Positions 44,445-53,623 are shown, counted from the stretch's first letter. The stretch: DNA of 54,037 bases from an uncultured Candidatus Saccharibacteria bacterium (GCA_964576745.1 CAZNUY010000003.1:1-54037); one strand, 5' to 3'. The notes: a model not told the origin generated them from the sequence alone. Numbers and translations are program-made.

Positions 44445-44527
44445 TTTATTGATGTTAGTTGATTCGATAAATTGTAGCAGAATTTACTGCAAAACTCAAA
44501 CAAACGAAATTATACAAGTAAAAATAA

Positions 44528-46243
44528 TTATTGTGAAGAAAGATATTCTGGCGTATTATCTCGCATCCATTCTAGTGTCTGACGGATGACTGCACCTGCC
44601 CCAACCTGATAATTGACCGTTCCTTTCTCCAACATAACCACAAAAGCATACCGCGGATTTTTATAAGGCCAATAACCAGTCATCCAAGAATTGATCTTTT
44701 CTTTTGAATAACCCAGCTCAGCAGTACCAGATTTTGCGGCTATTTCTATAAAAGGTACATTTAGCGATGCTGAAGTACCTTCTGTAACCGACATCCTCAT
44801 TCCTTCGTGAATAATGTCAAAATACGATCTCGGTATGTTAACTTGTGATTCGATATGCGGTTTTCTATCAGCAAGAATGGTCGGGGTATATATTGTTCCA
44901 TTATTTGCTATAGCTGATACCGCACGAGCGATCTGAATAGGAGTCACTTGAAAACCATACTGTCCAATGGACGTGTGGTAAGTATTTCCAACGAACCAAG
45001 CTTCATTAAATGTTTTTTTCTTCCATTCTGGAGTTGGTATTGTTCCCGCTTTATTTATAAGAATAGAGCTACTACCATCCAGGGTCGTTGTTCCAAAACC
45101 GAACATTTGCAAGTATTCATCAATCTTACGAATACCCAAACCCTTCTGATCTTTGAAGCCTCCGCCGACTGTATAGAAATAGGCATCCGAAGAAACCGCA
45201 ATCGCTTTCCTCATATCCACTGAGCCATGATTTTTCCAGTCACGAAAAACCGTAGACTTGGTCTCATCATAAGGATTTGGGATTGAAATTGATCCATTTG
45301 TTACAATTATTTTGTCTGGAGATATTATATTTTCATTCAAAACACCGAGAGAGACAAACAATTTTACTATCGACCCCGGCGTATACAAACCATCAATGGC
45401 CCGATCTAGAAAAGGTAAACTTTTATCATTCAAGAGCGCCTTTATTTGACTGTTGTCTTTTTTGTCTGACATCACCTGTGAGCTATATTCTGGATAACTC
45501 GTCAAAGCCAAGACTTCGCCATTGTTTATATCGACTATGACTCCTGCTCCGCCGGCAAAGCCAACTTTCTCGGCTACATCTTTTATATTTTGATAAAGTA
45601 CACTCTGGACGCGACTGTCTATGGATAATTTTATATTATTTCCCTGAATCGCTGGCCTAGTAACACTCTCTGAAACAATCTTGTTATGGGCATCTACCTC
45701 TACAAGACGGACACCGTGCTTGCCTCTCAATTGATCATCAAAATAACCTTCGGCACCAGCCTCGCCTTCAAAATCTTCTTGATAATAAAAACCATTATTA
45801 TCTTTTGATGGATATTTTACATAACCTAAAATATGAGATAGGCCTGTCGATGTTGCATATTTTCGAATTGCAACGGTATCACTACTCGTAGCATTGTCCA
45901 ATGGAGCATTCCAAGCCAACTGAATACCATTTCTATCAATAATCAAACCGCGACCTGCAAATAGCGGTATCGGACGAAGCGAATTGTTCTCACTCCTCTC
46001 TAGATATTCTTGACCGTGAATGATCTGCAATTTAAAGGCTTGACTAACAAAAACCAAAGCAATAAGCAAAAATACCGCAACAACTGAATATAGTGACCTT
46101 CGTGAAATTGATTTTTCGAGACGCCCTTCAAATTGTGAGGTATCATAATTTGGTAGATTACTTGAATCAAGCAAAATTTCATCAGGGCTAATTTCCTCAA
46201 TTCCCTTTTTATTATTAATAAATTTTGCTATTTTTTTGAACAT
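44528..46243 (-). CDS. mrdA: penicillin-binding protein 2 (elongasome transpeptidase)
   Basis: 571-aa ORF; SIVK (SxxK), SSD and KSGTA motifs; follows mreBCD. Confidence 0.8.
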   Translation of the reverse strand: MFKKIAKFINNKKGIEEISPDEILLDSSNLPNYDTSQFEGRLEKSISRRSLYSVVAVFLLIALVFVSQAFKLQIIHGQEYLERSENNSLRPIPLFAGRGLIIDRNGIQLAWNAPLDNATSSDTVAIRKYATSTGLSHILGYVKYPSKDNNGFYYQEDFEGEAGAEGYFDDQLRGKHGVRLVEVDAHNKIVSESVTRPAIQGNNIKLSIDSRVQSVLYQNIKDVAEKVGFAGGAGVIVDINNGEVLALTSYPEYSSQVMSDKKDNSQIKALLNDKSLPFLDRAIDGLYTPGSIVKLFVSLGVLNENIISPDKIIVTNGSISIPNPYDETKSTVFRDWKNHGSVDMRKAIAVSSDAYFYTVGGGFKDQKGLGIRKIDEYLQMFGFGTTTLDGSSSILINKAGTIPTPEWKKKTFNEAWFVGNTYHTSIGQYGFQVTPIQIARAVSAIANNGTIYTPTILADRKPHIESQVNIPRSYFDIIHEGMRMSVTEGTSASLNVPFIEIAAKSGTAELGYSKEKINSWMTGYWPYKNPRYAFVVMLEKGTVNYQVGAGAVIRQTLEWMRDNTPEYLSSQ

Positions 46244-46316
46244 AATTTGATAATAATTATTTGTCGAACTTAATTATCGCACATAGATGTTTTGGTAAAA
46301 CCCAGAATACAATTTA

Positions 46317-46583
46317 TCACTTTCTAAGTACCTTTTTTAGCCAATAGAAGATCAAGTATACGCTAACAGAGTATATCAGACCAGCAAAACCAAATATGCC
46401 TAAATTTTCATTGAAGCCAAATAAAGCATCGAATATGAGACCGAAAATGATAAGTTCAAAAAAATTATTGAAATATAAAATAGCTACTAATGAGACAACT
46501 ACAGCCACAACCCACCAGCCATAAATTACCGACAATAGCAGTACAAGATCAATTAAAATTCTTGAAAAATTATTTTTAATCAT
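46317..46583 (-). CDS. mreD: MreD-like small polytopic membrane protein
   Basis: 88-aa hydrophobic ORF between mreC and mrdA; call based on position. Confidence 0.4.
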   Translation of the reverse strand: MIKNNFSRILIDLVLLLSVIYGWWVVAVVVSLVAILYFNNFFELIIFGLIFDALFGFNENLGIFGFAGLIYSVSVYLIFYWLKKVLRK

Positions 46584-47355
46584 TAGAAATACTAATTTTA
46601 ACCCATTTTAATTCATAAATATTGATAGGAGCTGAAAAAATAATCTTTTCGAAAGTTAAAGATGGATTGGAATCGATGTTGGTGACTTTACCCAACGGTT
46701 TGCTTCCTATATCCAAAGAAACAACAAAATCATCTAGGGAAATATTGAGACCCCTGGGAAGCTCAATCTCGTACTGACCACCACCCCTCCCTGTCGCAAC
46801 CGCTCCGACATAATTCTTTCCGATCTGAACCTCGTGTTTTTCCATGGGAGATGAAAATAGCAATACTTTTGAGGTATTCTTGAAGACATCGATAACCCGA
46901 CCGATCGGCACTTCCCCGGTCGTATAGACAATACTAGAAGTTGAAACATCCTGATTGGTACCAGCATCAACTATGAGTTCATCATAAGCAACGAAAGGTG
47001 GTTTCTTTATTATTGGCGCAATAATATAGTCCGTCGATGTCGATATATTGAGAATTTTTCTAAATTCTTCATTTTCATTTTCTATGTATGAAGTTATTGC
47101 CAGACTGGAAGAATTGCTTTCTATCTGTTGTTTGAGCAAAGCATTTTCATTTAATAATTTCTCGACGTCGTTGAGACTGCCATTATTGATAGAATATTCG
47201 AGACGCCAAAATGGACTAATGATGCTATTTACGAGAGCGGGAATAAAATGTGGAAATAAATAATTGAACATAACAAAAATAAGAACGACAACAATGATTG
47301 TCCAAAGGTAAATACTTTTTATCCAGCTTTTTTTATTTCTTTCTATGTATATCAT
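46576..47355 (-). CDS. mreC: rod shape-determining protein MreC
   Basis: 259-aa ORF; N-terminal TM helix, coiled coil and beta-rich C-terminal domain; follows mreB. Confidence 0.6.
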   Translation of the reverse strand: MIYIERNKKSWIKSIYLWTIIVVVLIFVMFNYLFPHFIPALVNSIISPFWRLEYSINNGSLNDVEKLLNENALLKQQIESNSSSLAITSYIENENEEFRKILNISTSTDYIIAPIIKKPPFVAYDELIVDAGTNQDVSTSSIVYTTGEVPIGRVIDVFKNTSKVLLFSSPMEKHEVQIGKNYVGAVATGRGGGQYEIELPRGLNISLDDFVVSLDIGSKPLGKVTNIDSNPSLTFEKIIFSAPINIYELKWVKISISND

Positions 47356-48400
47356 CTTCGCTTTGCAATAGGATTGAATTATATTTCTCTAAATTTTCCA
47401 AAATTATGCCTGCACCGCGAGCAATAGCGGTAAGTGGATCTTCGGCGATGGTGACGGGAAGTTGCAAAGTTTCTGATAATAATTTGTCCAAGCCTTTTAT
47501 GAGTGCCCCACCACCAACCAAAAATATGCCTCGCTTCATAATATCGGCCAAAATTTCTGGTGGGGTTGTCTCGATAACTTCACGAGTCGAGTTAACTATA
47601 ACCTCTATAGACTGACCAATGGCTTCACGGACATCTGAATCGGTGATAACAACTTCTCGAGGTAGGCCAGTGATGAGATCTCTACCACGGATGGTTGTCT
47701 CGAGTGGCTCACCGGGTACGACGGCTCCGACCGCAATCTTGATGTATTCGGCTGTCGTCTCGCCAATAAGGATTTTGAACTCATTTCGAATGTAAGAAAT
47801 AATATCATTGTTCAATTTGTCACCTGCAATTTTGAGACTTTTTGACTGGACGATGCCACCGAGAGAAATGACAGCAATATCTGCGGTACCACCACCAATA
47901 TCCATAACCATACTACCGATGGGTTCGAATATGGGTAGTCTAATACCAACTGCTCCAGCTATCGGCTGCTCGACGACATAGACCTCTCTTGCTCCAGCGT
48001 TCTTGGTTGCATCACGGACTGCCCTAACTTCGACGTTTGTCACTCCTGAAGGTACACCGACGACGACTCGTGGACCGAGGAGCTTTTTTGGCATGTACTC
48101 CCCCGCCTGCTTGAGCAAGTAAGCGATCATCTCTTCGGTAACCTCGAAATCTGAAATGACACCGTCGACGAGTGGTCGAACGGCTTTTATGTGAGCAGGA
48201 GTTCTACCCAACATGTCCTTTGCCGCTTTGCCGACTGCTACTACTTGACCAGTTTTTTCATTTACAGCAACAACTGATGGTTCGGAGACTACAATACCCT
48301 TACCTTCGACATATACAAGAGTATTTGCGGTACCTAGATCGATACCAACATTGTTGGAGAGTTTATTCAAAATTTTTTCTTTGGTCTCCTTGAAATTCAT
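47333..48400 (-). CDS. mreB: rod shape-determining actin homologue MreB
   Basis: VGIDLGTANTLVY, DIGGGTADIAV and GGGALIKGL motifs. Start set at the internal Met (MNFKETKEK). Confidence 0.92.
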   Translation of the reverse strand: MNFKETKEKILNKLSNNVGIDLGTANTLVYVEGKGIVVSEPSVVAVNEKTGQVVAVGKAAKDMLGRTPAHIKAVRPLVDGVISDFEVTEEMIAYLLKQAGEYMPKKLLGPRVVVGVPSGVTNVEVRAVRDATKNAGAREVYVVEQPIAGAVGIRLPIFEPIGSMVMDIGGGTADIAVISLGGIVQSKSLKIAGDKLNNDIISYIRNEFKILIGETTAEYIKIAVGAVVPGEPLETTIRGRDLITGLPREVVITDSDVREAIGQSIEVIVNSTREVIETTPPEILADIMKRGIFLVGGGALIKGLDKLLSETLQLPVTIAEDPLTAIARGAGIILENLEKYNSILLQSEDDIHRKK

Positions 48401-48440
48401 ATAAGTGAACATTATCATAAAGGCAAAAAAAGAGGAACAT

Positions 48441-48574
48441 GTAAGTCAAAAGCACAAACATTACTTTCTTCGAGGCCGCCCAAATTCTGCAGTATTTGGG
48501 CTTAATCCTCAGAATTCTTTGCTAAGAATTCTTGCGGAGCCTCTCAGAAAATAATGTTTGTGCTTTTGACTACT
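48441..48574. ncRNA. structured three-way-junction element, copy 2 (inverted relative to copy 1)
   Basis: 20-bp outer stem 48444-48463 / 48552-48571. Inner hairpins are gcccaaat..atttgggc and agaattctt-TGCT-aagaattct. Junction strands ctttcttcgag, ttaatcctc and tgcggagcctctcagaaaa are the exact reverse complements of those in copy 1. Confidence 0.55.
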
Positions 48575-48624
48575 TGATTCCTGGCAGTTTACGGTGTATA
48601 AATCCATCGGGAAAGATAAAAACC

Positions 48625-48834
48625 ATGACAACAACCGAAAACCCTCATGTGTGGTTCTGCAGGGAGTGCAAAAAGAAGGGTTCCATGTTCTCAAATGATG
48701 CAGACGACTGGTTGATGGTCAATAAAGAGCATGGTATCTCTTCTCCTACTTGCAGAGGACTAGTTCGCACCGTTCCCGCAACGGAGGCAGAACAAGATCC
48801 GGAAATCAGGAATTACAAGGATTGGGCGGACTAG
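48625..48834 (+). CDS. hypothetical 69-aa protein
   Basis: Internal ATG (MTTTENPHVWFCRECKKKG...) of ORF 48532..48834. The upstream part of that ORF overlaps the structured element. Confidence 0.35.
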   Translation: MTTTENPHVWFCRECKKKGSMFSNDADDWLMVNKEHGISSPTCRGLVRTVPATEAEQDPEIRNYKDWAD

Positions 48835-48852
48835 AAGTACCAACACCTCGAC

Positions 48853-49040
48853 TTGACAGGTGGCACTAAATAATTTAGTATTCACACCGATCTAGCTGTT
48901 GACCGAACTCCGGTTGAAGTTCTTGGTCGGAAAACACAGCTAGGGGGAGGGCCACGCCCTCGTCGCGGCAAATCAAGTGATTCTGCCCGTCATCAACCAG
49001 CCGGCCGAAGGGTAACTCCTGAGGCCGGTTCTTTCATTCA
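48853..49040 (+). ncRNA. candidate stand-alone structured sRNA with its own promoter-like and terminator-like signals (family unknown)
   Basis: TTGACA (48853), 17 nt, TAGTAT (48876). Long-range stem ctagctgt (48892) / acagctag (48936). Hairpin gagggc-CAC-gccctc. Terminal hairpin ccggcc (49001) / ggccgg (49023) followed by a T-rich tract. G+C is higher than in the flanks. Confidence 0.3.
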
Positions 49041-49060
49041 TAGAAAAACAGAAGATTTGC

Positions 49061-49078
49061 ACTACACTTAGGTGTAGT
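49061..49078 (-). terminator. possible terminator hairpin after the SMC-like gene
   Basis: actacac / gtgtagt stem; the T-run on the minus strand is a few nt downstream. Confidence 0.3.
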
Positions 49079-49096
49079 ACTCAAATATCACTCTTA

Positions 49097-51439
49097 TTAC
49101 TTCGCGACCGCAACCGCATCTTCAAAGGCGATCGATAGAAGTCTCGAAGCACCATCAGCTCCCATTGTCACACCATATATGATACCGGCACGAGACATGG
49201 TTTCGCGGTTGTGAGTGATGAGGATGAGTTGAGAGCGCTTGGAAAGATTTTCGATCATATCGCTGTACTTCTTGGAATTGGCTTCATCGAGAGCGGCGTC
49301 GGTTTCATCCAAAATAATAAATGGTGGTGGATTGACTTGAGAAATTGCAAACAACAGAGCAATCGAGGTTAGGGCGCGTTCGCCACCCGAGAGCATCATG
49401 AGACCTTTTACTCTTTTTTTTGGTAATGAGACATTGACATCGAGACCTTCTAGACTATTTTTATCATTTTCATTTTCCAACCTAGAAGTAACATCGCCAT
49501 CTTCATCACCTTCAGACCCGCCGAGCAAATTATTCAAATCATCAATATCAGAGCTTTTTTTCTTTTTTACTTCTTTGACGATATCGAGAGAAGCACTACC
49601 CCCACCGAACATGAGAGTAAAATAATTGTTAAATTCACTATTGATCTTTTGAATACCATTTTTGAATTCAAAATCAATTTTAACATCGAGGTCGCGAATA
49701 AGGTTATGCAATTCATCTTTTGCCTTTGATAGATCCTCGAGCTCTTTTTGCAAGAAAATATCTCGCTGTTCTGTTTCATTACACTCCTTCATAACCTCCC
49801 CACCACCACCGGCTCCATAATCCTCCATGCGGATCTTGTTTCGCTCAATTTTCTTTTTTCTTTCTTCTTGGGCACTTCTGGAGTTTTCACCAGACAACGT
49901 TAGCTCGACACCTGAAATATTTTTCGTGTCACCATGTCCATTCTCTGTCACCATACTTTGCAACAAATCCTTGTAGTCAGTTGCTTCCCTGCCAACCATT
50001 ATGCCGGCTTGTCCCAATTCTTGTTTGAATGATGCCTCAGCACGAGTCACAACCTCAAGTCTACTATTCAAAAAAGCCAAAATATTCCTGATTTCATTTT
50101 GTCTAGCTATTATTTTGAAAATATTCTTTTCGGCTTCACGGTCTGTATCCTTCTCTTTTTCTATTGTCTCGCGAAGTTGATTGTACTCGAGAGTCAGGTC
50201 TCTTTCTCGGTTCTTTACAGCTTCTATCTTACCTTCGACTTCATGCTTTTCACCATTCAACTTTTCTATTTCAGCAGTGGACTCACCGATGAGAGCTGAG
50301 TCAGTCTTGGCACGATGTCCAGCAACAAATGAACGTAACAAGTTTATAATTTCACGGAAAAGTTGCCCCGCATCCGAAAGCGAATTTAATGATTCTATTT
50401 TTGAAATGACATCTTCGACATCGCGAAGATATACAGTCTGAAAAGCTTCCTGTTTTTGACGAATTTGTTCTTTCTCAATTGTTCTTTTGTTTGCATTGAT
50501 CTCTCCGTCGATACGGCCCAAATCACGGACCAATCCGTCTCGCTCTACACGGATATCTTTGAGTCGCTCTTCCAATGCAACCACTTGCACCGTTTTTTTG
50601 TCAGCCGATTTTGATTGAGTAATTATTTTTTTGGCCAGAGTCAATTCATTCTCAAGTTTTTGCAATTCGGCTTTTGGTTCTTTGAGTTCAGCATCGATCT
50701 TGGCTTTTTCATTTTTTATATAAATTTCTTCGATAGCAAAATATTCACGGTACATAGTGATGAGTTCCTTGCGGAGCTCTTCTGCCTTTTCGAGTTTTTC
50801 TACCTGCTTTTTGAGGAACTTGAGATGAGGAGCTATCTCTCTCCTCAATGATTCGACTTGTTTCATATTCTCTTCGGTCTTTTCGAGTTTGCGAATACTC
50901 TCCAACTTTTTCCATTGATAGATTTTGAGACCAAGTGCATCCTCGATCATTTCACGTCTTTCACGAATCGAGGCTCCCAAAATACGATCAGCTTCACCCT
51001 GAGAAATGATGTGATGCCCCGTTGCACCGATATGTGCAGATGCGAGAAGTTCGACAATATCCTTGAGACGAACTTGGCTACCATTCAATAAATATTCGTT
51101 GACACCGTCACGGTTGACGACGCGTTCGATACTGACATCTTCAAAGTCGATCGATGGGAAAAGTCTACGAGTATTGTCGAAAGTTAGCTTTACGCTAGCG
51201 CGGTTTGCTCTTGCGATAGAAATAGAGTCACCACCACCATTCCAGATCATATCCTCACCTTTTTTGCCTCGAAGAGATTTGATCGATTGCTCACCCAAGA
51301 CAAAACGAAAAGCCTCAGCAATGTTTGATTTGCCGGAGCCGTTTGGACCAACGATACCTGTGATGGTCGAAGTGAAATTGAGGCTTGCCTTTTTTGCAAA
51401 TGACTTGAAGCCAGAAAGTTCGAGTGATTTTAGGTACAT
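49097..51439 (-). CDS. smc: SMC-family chromosome segregation ATPase, unusually short (about 780 aa)
   Basis: N-terminus MYLKSLELSGFKSF..GPNGSGKSN; C-terminus LSGGERALTSIALLFA and ILDETDAALD; long coiled coil between. Start set at the internal Met. Confidence 0.75.
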   Translation of the reverse strand: MYLKSLELSGFKSFAKKASLNFTSTITGIVGPNGSGKSNIAEAFRFVLGEQSIKSLRGKKGEDMIWNGGGDSISIARANRASVKLTFDNTRRLFPSIDFEDVSIERVVNRDGVNEYLLNGSQVRLKDIVELLASAHIGATGHHIISQGEADRILGASIRERREMIEDALGLKIYQWKKLESIRKLEKTEENMKQVESLRREIAPHLKFLKKQVEKLEKAEELRKELITMYREYFAIEEIYIKNEKAKIDAELKEPKAELQKLENELTLAKKIITQSKSADKKTVQVVALEERLKDIRVERDGLVRDLGRIDGEINANKRTIEKEQIRQKQEAFQTVYLRDVEDVISKIESLNSLSDAGQLFREIINLLRSFVAGHRAKTDSALIGESTAEIEKLNGEKHEVEGKIEAVKNRERDLTLEYNQLRETIEKEKDTDREAEKNIFKIIARQNEIRNILAFLNSRLEVVTRAEASFKQELGQAGIMVGREATDYKDLLQSMVTENGHGDTKNISGVELTLSGENSRSAQEERKKKIERNKIRMEDYGAGGGGEVMKECNETEQRDIFLQKELEDLSKAKDELHNLIRDLDVKIDFEFKNGIQKINSEFNNYFTLMFGGGSASLDIVKEVKKKKSSDIDDLNNLLGGSEGDEDGDVTSRLENENDKNSLEGLDVNVSLPKKRVKGLMMLSGGERALTSIALLFAISQVNPPPFIILDETDAALDEANSKKYSDMIENLSKRSQLILITHNRETMSRAGIIYGVTMGADGASRLLSIAFEDAVAVAK

Positions 51440-51451
51440 GTAAATGCGCAT

Positions 51452-51470
51452 ACAGAGGTGTCACCTCTGT
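51452..51470. repeat. 19-nt palindrome acagaggtgtcacctctgt, left copy
   Basis: Identical to 51868-51886. Confidence 0.85.
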
Positions 51471-51867
51471 AATATATATTGTATCGCGTTTGGCGGAAGT
51501 TCGCATCTGCGAGGCGAGGCCTCGCCTCGAGAAAAAGCAAAGCCGAGGAAAACCCCGGCTTGAAATTTGCGCTTTTGCATGTCAGTATCCCTGACATGTC
51601 TGCATGTGTTCGTCGACACACTCGACACGGATCCTCCTACCACACTTGTTGCAAACTTCGCAACAAGAAGTGGCATGAGCAACCGATTCGCTTTCATTCG
51701 GGTCATGACACCTACAATTGCAGGTATCATTGCCGAGATGATGCCAACTCGGCTGAGGACCACTGCTACCATGAATAGCCAGCAAAACACCGACATAATT
51801 TGTGTTCATATTCCACAACATCTTACAACTTTCTTAAAATATAGTCAAACAGATGTCTGACATATGC

Positions 51868-51886
51868 ACAGAGGTGTCACCTCTGT
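51868..51886. repeat. 19-nt palindrome acagaggtgtcacctctgt, right copy
   Basis: Identical to 51452-51470. Confidence 0.85.
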
Positions 51887-51895
51887 TTCTCTGCC

Positions 51896-52594
51896 CTACC
51901 ACCCTTTGATAGCTAGCGCCTTCTCTGCCGCCTGTTGTTCAGCTTCTTGTTTGGAAGGACCTACACCCGTTGCAATCTGCACATCATTCAAAAAAACTCC
52001 AAGTGTGAACTTTTTATCATGATCTGGTCCGACTTCCTTGAGCGTCTTGTACGATGGTGTGATACCAGTCTTCTCTTGAGATTTTTCTTGGAAACGACTC
52101 TTGGCATCAATCCAAGTTTTATTGGCAACGATCTCTTCGATATCAATAACATTCAATATATGTTCTGAAATAAAATTAGCGGCAATATTGTAACCTTGAT
52201 CCAGATAGATTGCACCAATGATCGCTTCAACGGTATTTGCAAGAATGATGGAACGAGCACGACCAGTGTCCTTAGTCTCACCTTTTGAAAGGAGAATGTA
52301 GTCGTTGAGACCAATATGCTCGGCAACCTTTGTGAGGCTAACGGTGTTCACGATAGCAGAACGGTATGCTGTAAGCGCACCCTCAGCCTTCTGAGGATAT
52401 TTTCTAAACAAAAAACTAGTGACTACCAATTCCAAAACAGCATCTCCTAGAAATTCGAGACGCTCGTTGTGTTCCATGCCTTTGGTGCGATTTTCATTGA
52501 GATACGAACGGTGAGTACAAGCTATCTCCAGAAGTCCGACATCTGCAAAAGTTACACCGATATGCTTTGCAAGTTTTTCAAAATCTTTCTTCAT
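51896..52594 (-). CDS. rnc: ribonuclease III
   Basis: 232-aa ORF; signature ERLEFLGDAVL and a C-terminal dsRBD. Confidence 0.92.
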   Translation of the reverse strand: MKKDFEKLAKHIGVTFADVGLLEIACTHRSYLNENRTKGMEHNERLEFLGDAVLELVVTSFLFRKYPQKAEGALTAYRSAIVNTVSLTKVAEHIGLNDYILLSKGETKDTGRARSIILANTVEAIIGAIYLDQGYNIAANFISEHILNVIDIEEIVANKTWIDAKSRFQEKSQEKTGITPSYKTLKEVGPDHDKKFTLGVFLNDVQIATGVGPSKQEAEQQAAEKALAIKGW

Positions 52595-52643
52595 GTTATT
52601 TATTCAAATTATTTCCGTCGGGAGTATTTAATATATAACTTAA

Positions 52644-53558
52644 TTATTTACTATCAAACTTATTTTCTGTAAGTATCTTTATAGACTGAGTGACTATCGG
52701 CAAAATATCATTATAAAAATTAAGTTCTAGAATGTCAGCCAACTTGAACCATTTTGCATCATCAAGTCCGGGTTTATCTGCTAATTTGAGATCTGTAAAT
52801 TTTGATTCGGCAAGATAATAATGAACTTGCTTTCGGATTTTACCTTTTTCTGGATCATTGGCAATATACTCATTCGATCCGAGGTCGGCGATAATTTTGA
52901 CATCAAGACCAACTTCTTCTTTGACTTTGGACACCGTACCTTCTTTGGGATCCACACCCTCCAATATTTTGCCTTTTGATAATGTCCAGTGGCCAAAGAC
53001 GTCGTGAACGAACGCCAAATAAATCTCTGATCCATCTCTAGCACAAATAACTGCCCCACCCAAATGTTGGATAGGCATACTTTCATAAGGAATATCAGCT
53101 ATCTTTGGTTTGACTGGTGAGACTGCATCTTTGTCTGGTTCACCGAGCTCTTTGTAGACAGCGCCCATGACGCCGTTTATGAAGCGTCCGGATGTCTCAC
53201 CCCCAAATGTCTTGCCGAGTTCTATCGCTTCATTGATTGCAACTTTTGCTGGCACATCCTTGCGGTCAGAAAAAAGTAATTCGTACAAACCAATACGAAG
53301 AACATTGCGATCGATAGGAGAAATTTTGTCCAATGGCCAATCTGGTGCGGCTTTCTCAATAATATGATTGAGATCTTCCCTTTTTGCCAAAATACCCTTT
53401 GTTAGGTTTTCTATAAATGAAACGTCTGACATCCCAGGAGCGAACTCAAGAGAATTCCTCTTTATGATACTTGAAATATCGATATCCTTTTGACCATTAA
53501 AATCCCACTCGAAGAGTGTTTGGAGAACTACTGAACGAGATAGGTGACGATTTGCCAT
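52644..53558 (-). CDS. nusB: NusB antitermination factor fused to a C-terminal Nudix-like domain
   Basis: N-terminus RHLSRSVVLQTLFEWDF...INEAIELGKTFGGETSGRFINGVMG (NusB). C-terminus KGKILEGVDPKEGTVSKVKEEVGL aligns residue-for-residue in length with the MutT Nudix box, but RE is replaced by SK. Confidence 0.75.
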   Translation of the reverse strand: MANRHLSRSVVLQTLFEWDFNGQKDIDISSIIKRNSLEFAPGMSDVSFIENLTKGILAKREDLNHIIEKAAPDWPLDKISPIDRNVLRIGLYELLFSDRKDVPAKVAINEAIELGKTFGGETSGRFINGVMGAVYKELGEPDKDAVSPVKPKIADIPYESMPIQHLGGAVICARDGSEIYLAFVHDVFGHWTLSKGKILEGVDPKEGTVSKVKEEVGLDVKIIADLGSNEYIANDPEKGKIRKQVHYYLAESKFTDLKLADKPGLDDAKWFKLADILELNFYNDILPIVTQSIKILTENKFDSK

Positions 53559-53623
53559 ATTATTTAAAGAACAATTTCATTATCATTATTTATCTTTTTC
53601 AAACTTACTTCGATCGGTGATCT

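Noticed and set aside
48853-49040. SRP RNA, tmRNA or a known riboswitch (ykkC, ZTP, cobalamin, TPP) in the G+C-rich spacer
   Set aside because: The diagnostic motifs are not present on either strand: the GGAA tetraloop with AGCAG helix-8 motif, the tRNA-like tmRNA ends, GGTCCGAGAG, and the others. The region is kept only as an unassigned candidate.
51461-51860. Assigning a definite CDS among the four overlapping ORFs in the palindrome-bounded insert
   Set aside because: None has a convincing RBS or a recognisable family. The dense hairpins make a non-coding role equally likely, so no CDS feature was called.
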